A stretch of 64,000 bases of DNA from Octopus vulgaris (lineage: Eukaryota): positions 61,318,001 through 61,382,000 of the forward strand of contig OX597814.1 of assembly GCA_951406725.2 (NCBI GenBank), read 5' to 3'. How positions within the stretch are numbered: position 1 is the first letter of the stretch; the number at the start of each line of letters is the position of its first letter. Under the pieces are notes generated by a model that saw only the letters and a list, made by a program, of their open reading frames with translations, searched no databases and was not told where the DNA came from. The translations under genes were made by a program, and so were the position numbers. Shown in pieces: positions 26,581 through 38,754 of the stretch.

Positions 26581-27162
26581 ATTCAGAGTATGGTAAATGC
26601 CTGACAGCAGGTATTCATCAGGATGTGTGTTTCTGAGCAGTTTTCAGGAGATTGATATGCTGAGCAAGATAGGGGTAACAGACTGATAATGCAAACTATG
26701 GATGCACTACAATGGACTAAAATATAAATGTGACCTTTTTGATAGACTTCACACTGTTTCCTTCTACTAAATTTCACTTATCAGGCCCAGGTTGTTCAGA
26801 GGCTATGGTAGAAGGCATACACAAAGGTGCTGCACAGGGAGATTGAACCCAAAGTCACACAGTTGTCAAGTGTACCCTGCCAACCAAACACTTTGACCCT
26901 TTAACATTTAAATCAGCCATATCCACCCAAATATTCTGTCTGTTTCATGTTCAAACTGGCCAGATCCAGCCTCTCACACCTACCCTACAATATTATTCTG
27001 AATAATAACGAACAATCATATCATTGAAATATCAAAGCAATTAGATATTCTTTTATTCATTTACTTGTTTCAGGTGAGGTATCAGGTGTATTGTTGGTGA
27101 ATTTCAAGTTGTAATTCAGTTGTAATTCAGTGAATTTCAAGTTGTGATCAGTTGTAAGCAGC

Positions 27163-27800
27163 AAGACTAGTCAGGCCATAACCCGTGGCCCCTACCTGGG
27201 ACGTAGTCAGTCTACCTGTGCATACCTTCCTTCTTATGACACTTGTGAAGACCTGTTGAGGCAAGTATGTGACACTTGTGAAGACCTGTTGAGGCAAGTG
27301 AAAATCAAACCAAATCAAAATAGATGAACATCAATGGAATTTGTATCTTTGTGGTACCAGTGCCGGTGGCACACAAGAAAACCATCCGAACGTGGCCGTA
27401 GCCAGTACCGCATCGACTGGCCTCCGTGCTGTGGGCACGTAACAAACACCATCCGATCGTGGCCGTTCGCCAGCCTCATCTGGCACTTGTGTCGGTGGCA
27501 CATAAAAACACCATCTGAGCGTGGCCGTCTGCCAGCCTCGTCTGGCACCTGTGTCGGTGGCACATAAAAAAAAACACCATCCGATCGTGGCCGTTCGCCA
27601 GCCTCGTCTGGCACCTGTGTCGGTGGCACATAAAATCACCCACTACACTCTCGGAGTGGTTGGCGTTAGGAAGGGCATCCAGCTGTAGAAACACTGCCAG
27701 ATCTGACTGGCCTGGTGCAACCTTCGGGCTCCCCAGACTCCAGTTGAACCGTCCAACCCATGCTAGCATGGAAAGCGGACGTTAAATGAGGATGATGATG
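27163..27800 (+). mobile_element. RTE LINE 3' UTR copy with five tandem units; internal ~30-bp duplication near 27238-27299
   Basis: Ends ccatgctagcatggaaagcggacgttaaatgaggatgatgatg; gacacttgtgaagacctgttgaggcaagt occurs twice. Confidence 0.9.
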
Positions 27801-28443
27801 ATACTGAGATGATTCCTTTGATTGTATTCTTCATTACAAAAAAGCAAAAAAAAAAAAAAAAAAGCACGACCTTAAATAGTACCATATCATTATTAACTAA
27901 CATTATTGATTGGTATCATTAAGTTGTAGGTCAGTTCTGACCAAGCAGACTTCTCATTACAACCAGTTCACCTGTGACCATCCTGTTTTCTTTTCCCAAA
28001 CATAGTGTCATCTACAATTAGATTAACCAATGTATTATTGATTCAGTATTTGTAGTGAAGTTTAAAATAGTATGCAATCAAATTAAAATGTATTATCCTG
28101 TGTAATTTAATCTCTTTTGGATCGTATATCAAATCTTATTAATCTTTTCAAATTCAATAAATTGCATACCAGTTGTATTCTAGGATCAATTCAGTCGTTT
28201 ATATTCCAATCTCAATAGAAAGACAGGCTTTGTGTTTAGTCAAAAATCATCATCATCGTCATTGTCATCATCATCATCATCATCATTGTTGTCATCGTCA
28301 ATATTGTTATCATTATCATCATCATCATCATCATCATCACCATCATCATCACCACAATCATCATCATTTTATGTCTATTTTCCCTACTAGCGTAGAATGA
28401 TATAATTAATTTGAAAGAGGTCAGTGCTGCAATAGAATGAATA

Positions 28444-28954
28444 TCATAAATCCTCGAGTATAATCCGCATTTTTTTCCCAAAATTTAAAGGTCAAAATCC
28501 CTAGTGTGTACTGTATACGAGGTTAAAAATGAAAATTATTTTCTAAGTAATGTTCGAGTCTCTATTTGCTGTCCAGCAGTTTATTCAGACACATTTTGTT
28601 ATGCCGGGTGTAAAAATACCTTAAGCTAAGCCTGAAAGCAATGAAGTCATAAAAGAATCATCCATGACTTGCAGTAAGCAACATTTATTAAATGTTATTA
28701 CTGTTATTTCTTTATTTTCTGCAAACAAAATGCACAAAAAAGCTACACGTTTGCATTATGTTATATATACAATAATAATAAAGGACGTTACCATATACAT
28801 TTTTATAAACCAAGGACATTATGTAGACCTCCTTGACTCAAGTTAGAAAAGAGGTGCGTATTATACACAAGGTTTTGGTTTTTCAGAGGTACAGCCCCCC
28901 TAAAGATCCCCTGTGTATTATACTCAAGGGCGAACTATACTCGAGGATTTACGG
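28444..28954. mobile_element. Tc1/mariner-superfamily (pogo/Tc2-like) MITE with TA target duplication
   Basis: TA|tcataaatcctcgagtata ... tatactcgaggatttacgg|TA terminal inverted repeats. Confidence 0.85.
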
Positions 28955-29308
28955 TAGTATCATACATCCATATATCTACAGCATATACATTTGTAATCTC
29001 TTGCTTAAGTAAGAAAACAAGATCAGTAATCTTTTATCTTTTATGTTTTGGTCAGCCTGAAGCTATAGTAGAAGACACTTGCCCAAGGTTCCATGCAGTT
29101 GAACTGAATCTAGAACCATATGGTTAGGAACCAAACTTCTTACCACACAGTCACACCTGCACCTATAGTCACACCTGCATCTATAACAACACCTGTGCCT
29201 ATAGCTACACTTCCCCCTATTATTATATAGAATTCATAAATATCTTGCTTAAAATGAATAATGATAAAACATTATCTTGGAAATAAAAAACATTGACTCG
29301 TATAAAGA

Positions 29309-29740
29309 TGTAACAGGATGAGAGACCCCCACACTGGATGGGTTCAGCTCGCATCCTTTACATTAAGCGCTAATCGAAGAAAGAGTCAAGTATTCCGATT
29401 ATCTTCAACAGTATAAATATTTATTTCTTGATTCGCAATATATGTACATTCCTTCTTTCTGGGCGAATCGGCAGCCTAGGAGCTTATCGCAGTAGTCAAG
29501 TGGAGTGAGCCAAATCCTGTCCATTCAAGCATAGTGGTGATACGCTACGAGGTAGAAGCTTGAGAGAGCTGATAGAACACGACTGTCTTGTTCAGCTGCT
29601 GGCATTCAAGAGAACGATACAAGGGAATATTGCTGCTGCTAGTTTTCTGCTCATGCGCATGAGGGAACTTCCGGCTGGCCTCCCAGAAGATTCTAATTCT
29701 GCGCATGCGTGCTGGAGATTTCCAAGATGGCGTCACAACA
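29309..29740 (-). mobile_element. Solo LTR (Gypsy-type), 432 bp
   Basis: TGT...ACA termini, flanked by a 4-bp direct repeat AAGA (29305-29308, 29741-29744); CpG-rich; AATAAA on the minus strand near 29420. Confidence 0.75.
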
Positions 29741-29829
29741 AAGATATTGGACTGACTTTATGCAAACAAGAAAATCTCAGAAAAAGTTAAATTATATTTG
29801 TTTTTTTATTGTCTACATTTTATTATTTA

Positions 29830-30165
29830 CCTATTGCAGTCATTAGACTGTAGCCATGCTGGACAACACCTTGAAGAATCTTGGTCAACTGAATCAACCC
29901 CAGTACTCATTTTCTAAAATTCTGGTACTTATTCTATTGATCTCTTTTGCTGAACTGCTAAGTTACAGGAATGTATACATACCTACACCAGTTATGAAGT
30001 GGTGGTGAGGGACACACACACACACACACACACACTTACAATGGGTTTTTTTTAGTTTCTGTCTACCAAATCTGCTCACAAGGTATTTACCCAAGGTGTT
30101 ATGTGGTGGGACAGAACCTGAAACAATGTAGTTGAAAAACAAACTTCTTACCACACAGCCATACT
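29830..30165 (-). mobile_element. SINE family A
   Basis: cagtcattagactgtagccatgctgg...cttaccacacagcca. Confidence 0.8.
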
Positions 30166-31139
30166 TACGTCTATGATATATCATCAGTTTTTTTAAATGC
30201 AATTTGAAGGATTACTGTAGTATACTTCAATATTACATATTTTGTCCATTAAGATTTTTTTATGTGTAAACTTCTTTCCTTGAATTTCAACAGTTTATTT
30301 AAGCAACATATATGAGAAACAATATTTTGAACTTGACAGGCTCCAAAAATTTGCTCCAAAACTTTGCCAGGAGCCTTTGGAAAATTTTGTAGCATCTCAT
30401 ATTTTCAAACTTCAATTTATCATATTTTTCAAATTTAGTGCTTTCTCCCCCCCCCCCACCTCTCTCTCTCTCCTGTGCTTGTGCCAAATTAAAAGTACTA
30501 AGTCCACTCTGCTGAGTGATTGGTGTTAGGAAGGACATCCAGCTGTAAAAACCCTACCAAAACAGTCACAGATGCCTGGGGCAGGCTTCCATCTGGCAGG
30601 CTCTTGTGGTACCGTCCTACCCATGCTAGCATGGAACATGGACGTTAAATGATGATGATGATGATGATGATGGTGAGTGCAAGTAAACAAAACCCATCTT
30701 ACTGTTATTAGAGCAATAAACAGAAGTTGTTCACTACAAAGGATACCCTATTGTTATTATCGTTCCAATTAAGAGAATTAATATTAATATAAAATAGTTG
30801 ACAAAAGCAATCACCATTATTGTTGTCCTCAACATCATCGTCATCATAAGTATCATTGCCATCATTAAGGTCATAGGCCCCATAATCAATCACATTATTG
30901 TCATACCCTACTTTTCATTCTTCTCTTCATACACATTGTTATAGTTGTCACTGTAATCAACAAGACCAAATTAAATAAATTAAGTACATTATAAATAGCT
31001 GCAACCAACTTTAGGTTTGACCTAAATACACATTGATACATATATTCATATGGACCACATACTTCATGCTCACACACACACACACACACACACATATATT
31101 TATATATACATATATCATCATCATCATCAGCAGCAGCAG

Positions 31140-31400
31140 CATCATCATCATCGTTTAACATCCGCTTTCCATGCTAGCATGGATTGGATGATTTGACTGA
31201 GGTCTGGCGAACCAGATGGCTGCACCAGACTCCAATCTGATCTGGCAAAGTTTCTACAGCTGGATGCCCTTCCTAACACCAACCACTCTGAGAGTGTAGT
31301 GGGTGCTTTTACATGCCACCAGCACAAATGCCAGTAAAGCGCTGCAGGTAACAATCACACTCGAATGATTTTTTTTACGTGCCACCGGCACAAAGGCCAG
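31140..31400 (-). mobile_element. RTE 3' end (two tandem units); an opposite-strand short copy lies at ~30500-30670
   Basis: Diagnostic tail and ctggatgcccttcctaac motif. Confidence 0.85.
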
Positions 31401-31428
31401 ATATATATATATATATATATATATATAC

Positions 31429-31483
<55 letters not shown>

Positions 31484-31521
31484 GTAGAAATGCAGGAAAG
31501 TACAATTCAACTTGACACATA

Positions 31522-32340
31522 CATGATGGGGTACTAAAAAGTTCCTGGCTTTTGGTGAAAGAAAATATAGGAGGATCAGTTAATTATGGTTTTATTCAAC
31601 ATATCCTCCTCTCAGATTCACTTCTGCTGTTTACAGCAGTGCTTGGAAGGTACATGTGTAGCATGTGGTCATCGCAATGACCATGACAGTGAAAGTTTAG
31701 CTGAGAAATTGCATCAAATTTTGCCAAAAGCTTGGTGATATCTGCTCAGAAGCCTATGCAAAGTTTCCAAAAGGTTTCAACATTCTCAACACACTCAAGG
31801 AGATCTTGTGCAACTGAAACCTAAGTGTCTTTTTGGTCAGCTGAAAGGAATTTTAGCACAAATTTGGCAGACATGCTTCTCATACCCCAATCTTCAGTGA
31901 TAATGGACTGAACTGGACCGTACCTAATCTGCACATCCTCTGATAACTCACGGATGGTGATTCGACGATTTCCCCTCACAGCTGCACAGACTACTGTGCT
32001 GTTTTTCTCAGTTCAGCTGGTTGCAGTTCTCCCAGAACATTTGTCAATATCAACATTTTTTGGCTATCTTTGAAACTTCTGAACCACTCATACACTTGTG
32101 TGTGGTTCATACACTCCTTTCCATACACTTTCTGCAACTTTGCGTAAGGCTTCTGAGCAGGTATCACCATGACAACTTTCTCTGTCATGGCCAATGCAAC
32201 GATCACACATTTCACGTCTTCCTTCAAAGCACTGCTGTAAACAGCAGAAGTAAGCTACCATATTAAAACTTAGTGGACATGCACAGCAGAGTTCAAGGTC
32301 AATCTGTGCCAAGTGACTTCACTCTGCATGCTTAGCTGCA
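31522..32340. mobile_element. Rearranged mariner remnant with an internal inverted duplication of the transposase 5' region
   Basis: 31620-31775 (+) and ~32130-32250 (-) are homologous; they encode CIKFCQKLGD.CSEAYAK / LQKVYGKECMNHTQVYEWFRSFKD (mariner N-terminal HTH); TIR-like ggggtactaaaaagttcctggc at ~31527. Confidence 0.75.
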
Positions 32341-32603
32341 TTACTATGTCAACAGACCTCGTATATATATATATATACAAGGTGTGGGGGTTTAGTTCAC
32401 GGGTGATCTAAATGATTAGGTATGTAAATGATAAGTGCTGTAATGGATTGCTAGGGCTCCACGGTTATAGCCAAGATGGTAGTTATGGAGTCATTGCTGA
32501 TTTCTGGTATAGCAGATATATAATTGTTAAATAGGACAACAAACGTTAAGGCAAGGCAAACATCTCAAGTCATATGCATTATTATTATTGGAAAAAATTC
32601 AAA

Positions 32604-32660
32604 GTCTTACAGCTGTTTCTGGGATATCCCCAAATATATGGATATTCCATCATCAGAAAC
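32604..32660 (-). ncRNA. Minimal type I hammerhead ribozyme motif (Penelope-associated type)
   Basis: Minus strand: GUUU-CUGAUGA-UGGAAUAUCC-loop-GGAUAUCCCA-GAAA-CAGCU-GUA/AGAC. Stem I GUUU/AGAC, stem II 9 of 10 pairs, palindromic stem III ACAGCUGU, GUA cleavage triplet. Confidence 0.75.
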
Positions 32661-33079
32661 AAATAGGGAAAAATAGGGAAAACGAGAATGGTATATATTA
32701 AGGAGATGATGATATGGAGGAAGGGAGTAAAGAAATAAGGAGATGAAGAGAGAGAAGAAAAAAGAAGTGTAAAAGTTCATAGTTCAACTTATCAATGTTG
32801 TAGACACAAGAGCCTAAGTCCTTGTGTAGTTTAGCTTTCCGATGTTGTAGAAACAAAAGCATAAGTCCCTAGGTGGAATTCTGCGTAGATCCAAGTGAGT
32901 TAAAATCCTGATATAGTAAACATCCAGAGAAAAAAGATGCGAACATATCTCGTTATGTTATCTATCCTCAAGTACCATCCACACCCTGTATATACATACA
33001 TATATATATATTTATTGAAATATATTCATATAGAGCATAAAAATACAGAATGCTAAGAAGAGAATACATAATTTCTTAA

Positions 33080-33226
33080 CTTGACAGCTGTTTCAGGAAG
33101 CTTAGAGTTATGTAATAATCATAATGTTCATAATTTTCTGATAGAATATGCAAAATGTCTTAGATATGCAGCCAGTAAACAGTCACATTGAAATATTACA
33201 ATAATTCCAGCTTCCTTCAGCAAGAG
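33080..33226 (-). ncRNA. Degenerate hammerhead motif with a long stem II insertion
   Basis: Minus: UUGCUGA-AGGAAGCU...(~105 nt)...AGCUUCCU-GAAA-CAGCU-GUC. Same palindromic stem III as 32604-32660; core has two mismatches. Confidence 0.5.
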
Positions 33227-34254
33227 AAAGATGGCAAAAGCATTTCATGTAATAGTGCCAGAGATTTAAATAGTTGAAGGGAGAAAGGAAGAAGAATAAG
33301 AACAAAAGGCAGGGAGAAGGAAGAGGAATTCTATGACATTGGGGGAACAGAGAGAGGAGGAGAGGAGGTAAAGTTAAGGTCCATGTGGTGAAAAGGAGCA
33401 CCACTGATGGTCAAGTGAATCTCACTAAGCAGACAATAAATTAGTTAGGGATGGTAGCTGACCAACAGAGAAACTGGAAGAGATAAACAAAGAACAAAAG
33501 GAATGTGGCAGGAGTAATGGAGGAGAAAGGTATGCTAAGATTTGGAGAATGGTAAAAAAAGAATAGAGAAAGAAAATGCTGCTAGCATAGCTAAGTAATA
33601 AGTAAGAGCTTAACTGCAAATAGGAGAAACCACAAAGACTTTATATAATGGGTAAAAGTGGAATAAATCTTGTACTTATATGAGGTTATGTGAGAGAACC
33701 TATTGAGTTAACGAGGTATTATGATGGTGAAGAATTGCAGGTGATTCCCAGCAACACAACTTACAAGCACTGTGGTTAGTGTTGTGCAGGGAAATTCCAC
33801 AGACTACTGACCGGGATAAGGTACAGGGAATATTCTGGGACTTGCGGCAATGTATGTATGTAGCTAGGGATGCAGAAAGTTTAGATGACTCATCATGGAG
33901 GAAGATGTAGAAGGTTTGGGCACCAGGCCAGTAACCTGGCTCTGTAAAAATCAGGAATCACTAAAGAAATGGCAGGAGTAATTCAAAGGAACAATAGACA
34001 TGAGAAGATAGGTGATGGAGAAATGCCACTTATAACAGATCCTAATGAAAATTGAAAAGAAGTTAGGGCCTCAATGAGTCCACTTCTAAGTGCCAGTTAC
34101 CTACTAACCACTTAATGTGCCTAACAGCAAAGAAGGACCTAGTGCTAAATAAATATATAGACACACATACATACACATACATGCACACACACATGTGCAT
34201 ACATATATATATAGACATATATTTACATGTAAATGTATGCATGCATATATACAT

Positions 34255-34925
34255 ACATCATCATCATCGTTTAACGTCTGTTTTCCGTGCTAGCATGGGT
34301 TGAACGGTTCAACTGGGGTCTGGTAAGCTAGGAGGCTGCACCAGGCTCCAGTCTGATCTGGCGGTGTTTCTACAGCTGGATGCTCTTCCTACCGCCAACC
34401 ACTCCGTGAGTGTAGTGGGTGCTTTTTACGTGCCACCGGTACAGGTATCACAACTACTATTTCCATTTGATATTCATTTTGATGTTGATATACTTGACTC
34501 AATAGGTCTCCTCAAGCACAGCAGGTCACCCTACGATCCAAGGTAAGCACAGCAGGTCATTCTGCAATCCAAGGTACTTTGGATGGGCTGGGGCTATGCG
34601 AAACTGGTGCAGGAAGCAGCCCGGGTCTTTGCAGTCACAGCATATCTCCAGAGATCTCGGTCTTTCGTCATTGCATCTGTGAGGCCCAACGTTCGAAGGT
34701 CATGCTTGACTACCTCATCCCATGTCTTCCTCTCCCCCTGATACCTTCAACTGTTTGGGAGTGGCACTTCTTCACAAAACTCTCCTCATCCATCTGCAGT
34801 ATATGACCATACCAGCGCAAACGTCTCTCTTGCACACTACATCTGATGCTTCTTATGTCCAGCATTTCTCTCAGAGCGCTTACACTCTGTCATGCGTGCA
34901 CACTGACATTACACATCCATTACAC
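34255..34925 (-). mobile_element. RTE LINE 3' end including the ORF C-terminus (single tandem unit)
   Basis: Minus encodes ALREMLDIRSIRCSVQERRLRWYGHILQMDEESFVKKC...KTWDEVVKHDLRTLGLTDAMTKDRDLWRYAV upstream of the same (GAT)n tail. Confidence 0.9.
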
Positions 34926-35062
34926 ATACATTTTCTTTTATTCATTTCAGCTATGTGGCTGTGGTCATGCTTGTGTATATTATGTATATATATATGTACA
35001 TGTTTGCGTGTATGTGTATATATATATATATATACTTTATTTAAAAGCAGCAGAAATATAAC

Positions 35063-35109
35063 AAAAGCTGTTACTCAGAGTTTCACGTTCCCATTTGTCG
35101 GACAGTTTT
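35063..35109 (-). ncRNA. Hammerhead-topology motif with a mutated core
   Basis: Minus: aaaaCUGU-CCGACAA-AUG-GGAA-CGU-GAAA-CUCUGAGUA/ACAGcuuuu. All three stems form; core CCGACAA differs from CUGANGA at two positions. Confidence 0.6.
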
Positions 35110-38100
35110 GTTAAAATATGTATGTATGTATGTATGAGCGAAATTTTCTGAATTCATTACAAAACTGTTCATAATTTGATAATCTATTCTTCCTTTCACT
35201 TCAGCTAAGAAGAGAAGATACATGTGATTAAAACACTAGGCCACACAGATGTTATAAATGAGATTGAACTGAAAGTATGAGATCAGCTTAAAACGATTAA
35301 GATGATCGTAAGTCAGTTTATAAGAGCATGCTAGCAGTAATCAGTGGAGGTTCAACGAGGGAATTGCCTTCTAGGCATGACTGTTGCTTCACAGAATAAC
35401 CAGGGAGGTTTATATACAGTTGTTACCAAATAAGTAGTGTAATAATAGCCTTTTGCTTGCCCTTGCTATATTTTTAGGGTCCCTTTTTAGTGTTTTCTAA
35501 TATTATGTTGTTATTTGAAATTATTGAAGATTCAAGTTGAGATTTCTTTCTTGTTTCCATGTAAAATATCTTTATTTTCACTGCCATTCTTTTTTGGTTT
35601 ACCTGATTAAACAGAAGTGCATATGGATATACATACTTACATCCATATCGCATTGAAAGTACTGGTTCTCATTTGATCACTGAAGTTAAGCAATATTGAT
35701 CCTAGTTAGATGAGTGGTTGCTTTGGGAAACCTAGGTGCTGTAAGCATCTAACTTTTGTCCAACGAACGTTAAATGGTGATGATGATGATTCAAACAAAA
35801 CAAGATACACTAAAACACTGCTGTTAAGCCAATGAAAGTGGCTTCTTTGTGGTCACTCAACCTGCAAAAAACAGCAGTCCAATAGCTCTCAATTACACTT
35901 TACTATCTGAAGAAAAGAATGTTGCATTGGATAATGTAGCATGTTATGTATGTTTGAAAAGAAAAAGAGACTAGATGATCACATCTGGAATGTCTGTGAC
36001 CCTAGATCTGCTCATTTAAGACCAACCTGTAACTTAACAACAACAACAACAGCAGCAGCAGCAATAACAATAATAACACCAACAAAACAATTTTGTTAAA
36101 AGAAAGGAAGTGAAGATATATGTGAGTTTACTTGTATTTAAGAGTTCATGGAAATGCCATTTCACAATGAAGTTAGTGATATATTATTTGTTTGCTACTG
36201 AAGGGTACCAGACATTTTGAAGCTTTTAATCAAACAATCTCTGGAAAATGTTGACAAAGACTCTGAACTCAGATTGAAAATCAATAAAAGGCCACTGAGT
36301 TCATATCTACAGAGAAACTAATGTTAAGAGATATATTCTGTACTGTTAAGAACATATAGGACAGTGAAAGTAATACATGGAACTGATTTTGAGAGATATT
36401 TCAGTCAATATAAGGCAAATATATTATAGTCAAGGAAGAGGGTCTATCTTGAAGTGGATGCCTGTGTATGATGAGTTTAATATGGAATGGACAATTGTAT
36501 GCACATGCATGCACACACACACTCACTCACTCACATGCGTGTGCTAGTCACTCAATGCAGCAGCAAGGGACCTTTTATGTTGTCAGTTGCTCGACCCTCT
36601 AGAAACACCAGTCAAATCTCTCTCAAATCACTACCCACTGTCTAAATAAAACAAAAACACATTAGATAATTAGTTCTGGGTCACATGTAGATTGAGAAAG
36701 GACTTGATGGTTATGATTAGAATAGCTTTGATCACAGATCTTTTTAATCTAAGCTGACTTGTGACTAAACAACAACAATGACCAGTATTAGAAATTGGAG
36801 CAAGTCAAATGCAAAAAGTACCAAAAAGTATCAAGCCTGGTCTGAAGTTGAACACACTGTAATAATCTGGTACCCATTCCTAACAGCCAGATGAACTGTC
36901 ACTAGGGATAAGGTATTCTGACTATAAACATAAAATCTCATAAACAGAATGAGATTTGAACAATATAGATGCTGCAGTTTGGTGTGGATCTGGTCTGAAA
37001 CTGTCCCTTCTTTTATGATATAAACTACCTGTTTCAAAGTGATCTGAATTAGAACCTTTCATCAAAATTTCATGTTAATTTGTTTCATACATCATCTTAA
37101 TACCATCTTAATAATGACAAAGTATTTTACTGAATTCTTCATTATTTTATAAACAACTTGAAAGAAAGGTAGTGTATGTCTATGGAAATATGGAAGCAAA
37201 AGGGTTATATGACCCACAAGTGTCAAACAAATAGAAAGACTTCATCTTCATGTAGTGTGCTAGAAACAAATTATCTTGGGGGAGCTCATTCACTCTCCTC
37301 AGATTTAGTTTTTAATGGATTTGTCAGAAAAAGGGCAGTATCTATGGGGGCTTCCATGACTGGTGCAAAGTTATCCTCAAATAGTTGACCTGGCCCAAAT
37401 GCATGTAACGGAGTAAACTCTACTAAAGCCCCACCAAGGGCCAGGTATTGGTGTCAAACTGAGTGACAACAGAAATTGCAGAAACTGGATAAAGAAAAAT
37501 TAAATGATGACGGCACAGTAAAGAACCATAACTGCATCATAGTACACCTCCCAATACATTATGACATTCAATTAGTCATCTTATTTCTGCACTATAAATA
37601 TAATAAACTAATTTTGGGAGACATTTCAAGCATCTATAAGATGCTAAATATATTCAAAGATATTCCAAAAGTATTTGACCGAAAACTGTGTTTTGAATAC
37701 TTTGGTCCTGGGTATGACTTTAAACAGCATCTCATGGGTGGGGGTCCCTGGTTTGGGAGTTCCAGGGTTTTGCAGAATGTAGAACCACCTCTTAGTTACT
37801 ATTCTTCCCAGCTCTACTCTGACCCAGAGTGATAGTGCTTATCAGGATTATAGTAGTGCTTATAGTATGGATTAAATAGCATGAAATTACCTGAACCAAA
37901 GAAAAGTTGAAATTATGGGATGTAGCATGGTTGATGTGAACTATTTTGGCAGATGAACTTATTGAGTTAACAGTGAATATCACTAGAAGCTGAGTGGATG
38001 AAAAGACAGCAAACTGTCAACAGCCAAGATCAAACAGTTCAATTAAAGAACAACTGCTATCATCAGCAGTTGTGGAATGAGATGTTTCAAGTAGTGAAAA

Positions 38101-38754
38101 GACCAATGTGACTAAAACCCAGGCTAGACATTAATGATTCATTGCTGAATCAAGATGCCTGACATGGAAGAGTTATGTTGATCTGGGTTTATGATGAGTG
38201 CCATATTTGCAGCAGTAACAGCAGTTAATTTTACTTCAGGAATTCCTTTAACTGTAGTTTGGCTTTCAGGGATAAAATGTTTTTTAGCTAAATGTCTCAT
38301 GGAGAAAAGCAGTAGCTATGATCTTTGCATGTTCTGCCTCTAAAACTGATCAAAGGAGGGGGGAGGTAAGGAAGGAAAGAAGGAAGAAAAGAACAAATGA
38401 ACAAACAAATGAATAAACAAATGAATGAATGAATGAATGAATGAACCAGCTCTCATTGGTAACTACAGCAGAAAACAACTCATTAAACTATTGAGTTATA
38501 CTTAGACCAGAGATTTAATACAAATGCCTTTTTGCAACATAGAGGACTCTACTAAAGATACCCTTTAATAAAAGATTCAAGCTAGAGTTATGAAACCTGC
38601 AGCATTGAAGCAAGCTGCATGGGCTTTCCAAAAGCTTTATAAGATAGCAGTTAACTTCAATGTAGATTTCCAACACAATTTATATTAAAAAATGGAAATT
38701 AGAGTATTGAAATAAGCAAGCATGAGACTAGATTATTTTTCAAGCTTTATAACT

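Noticed and set aside
27590-27635. HDV-like ribozyme in the RTE tandem unit (CAG-CCUCGU-CUG resembles P3/L3)
   Set aside because: No P1, P1.1 or P2 pairings could be built and the loop is not conserved among units.
29727-29846. ATGGCG-initiated short ORF (MASQQRYWTDFMQ...)
   Set aside because: It crosses the LTR boundary into AT-rich flank and a SINE tail; about 39 aa, with no support.
37300-38300. Possible minus-strand LINE endonuclease remnants (also ~63500-64000 and ~8590-8930 plus)
   Set aside because: Only vague motif traces; boundaries and family cannot be supported by eye.
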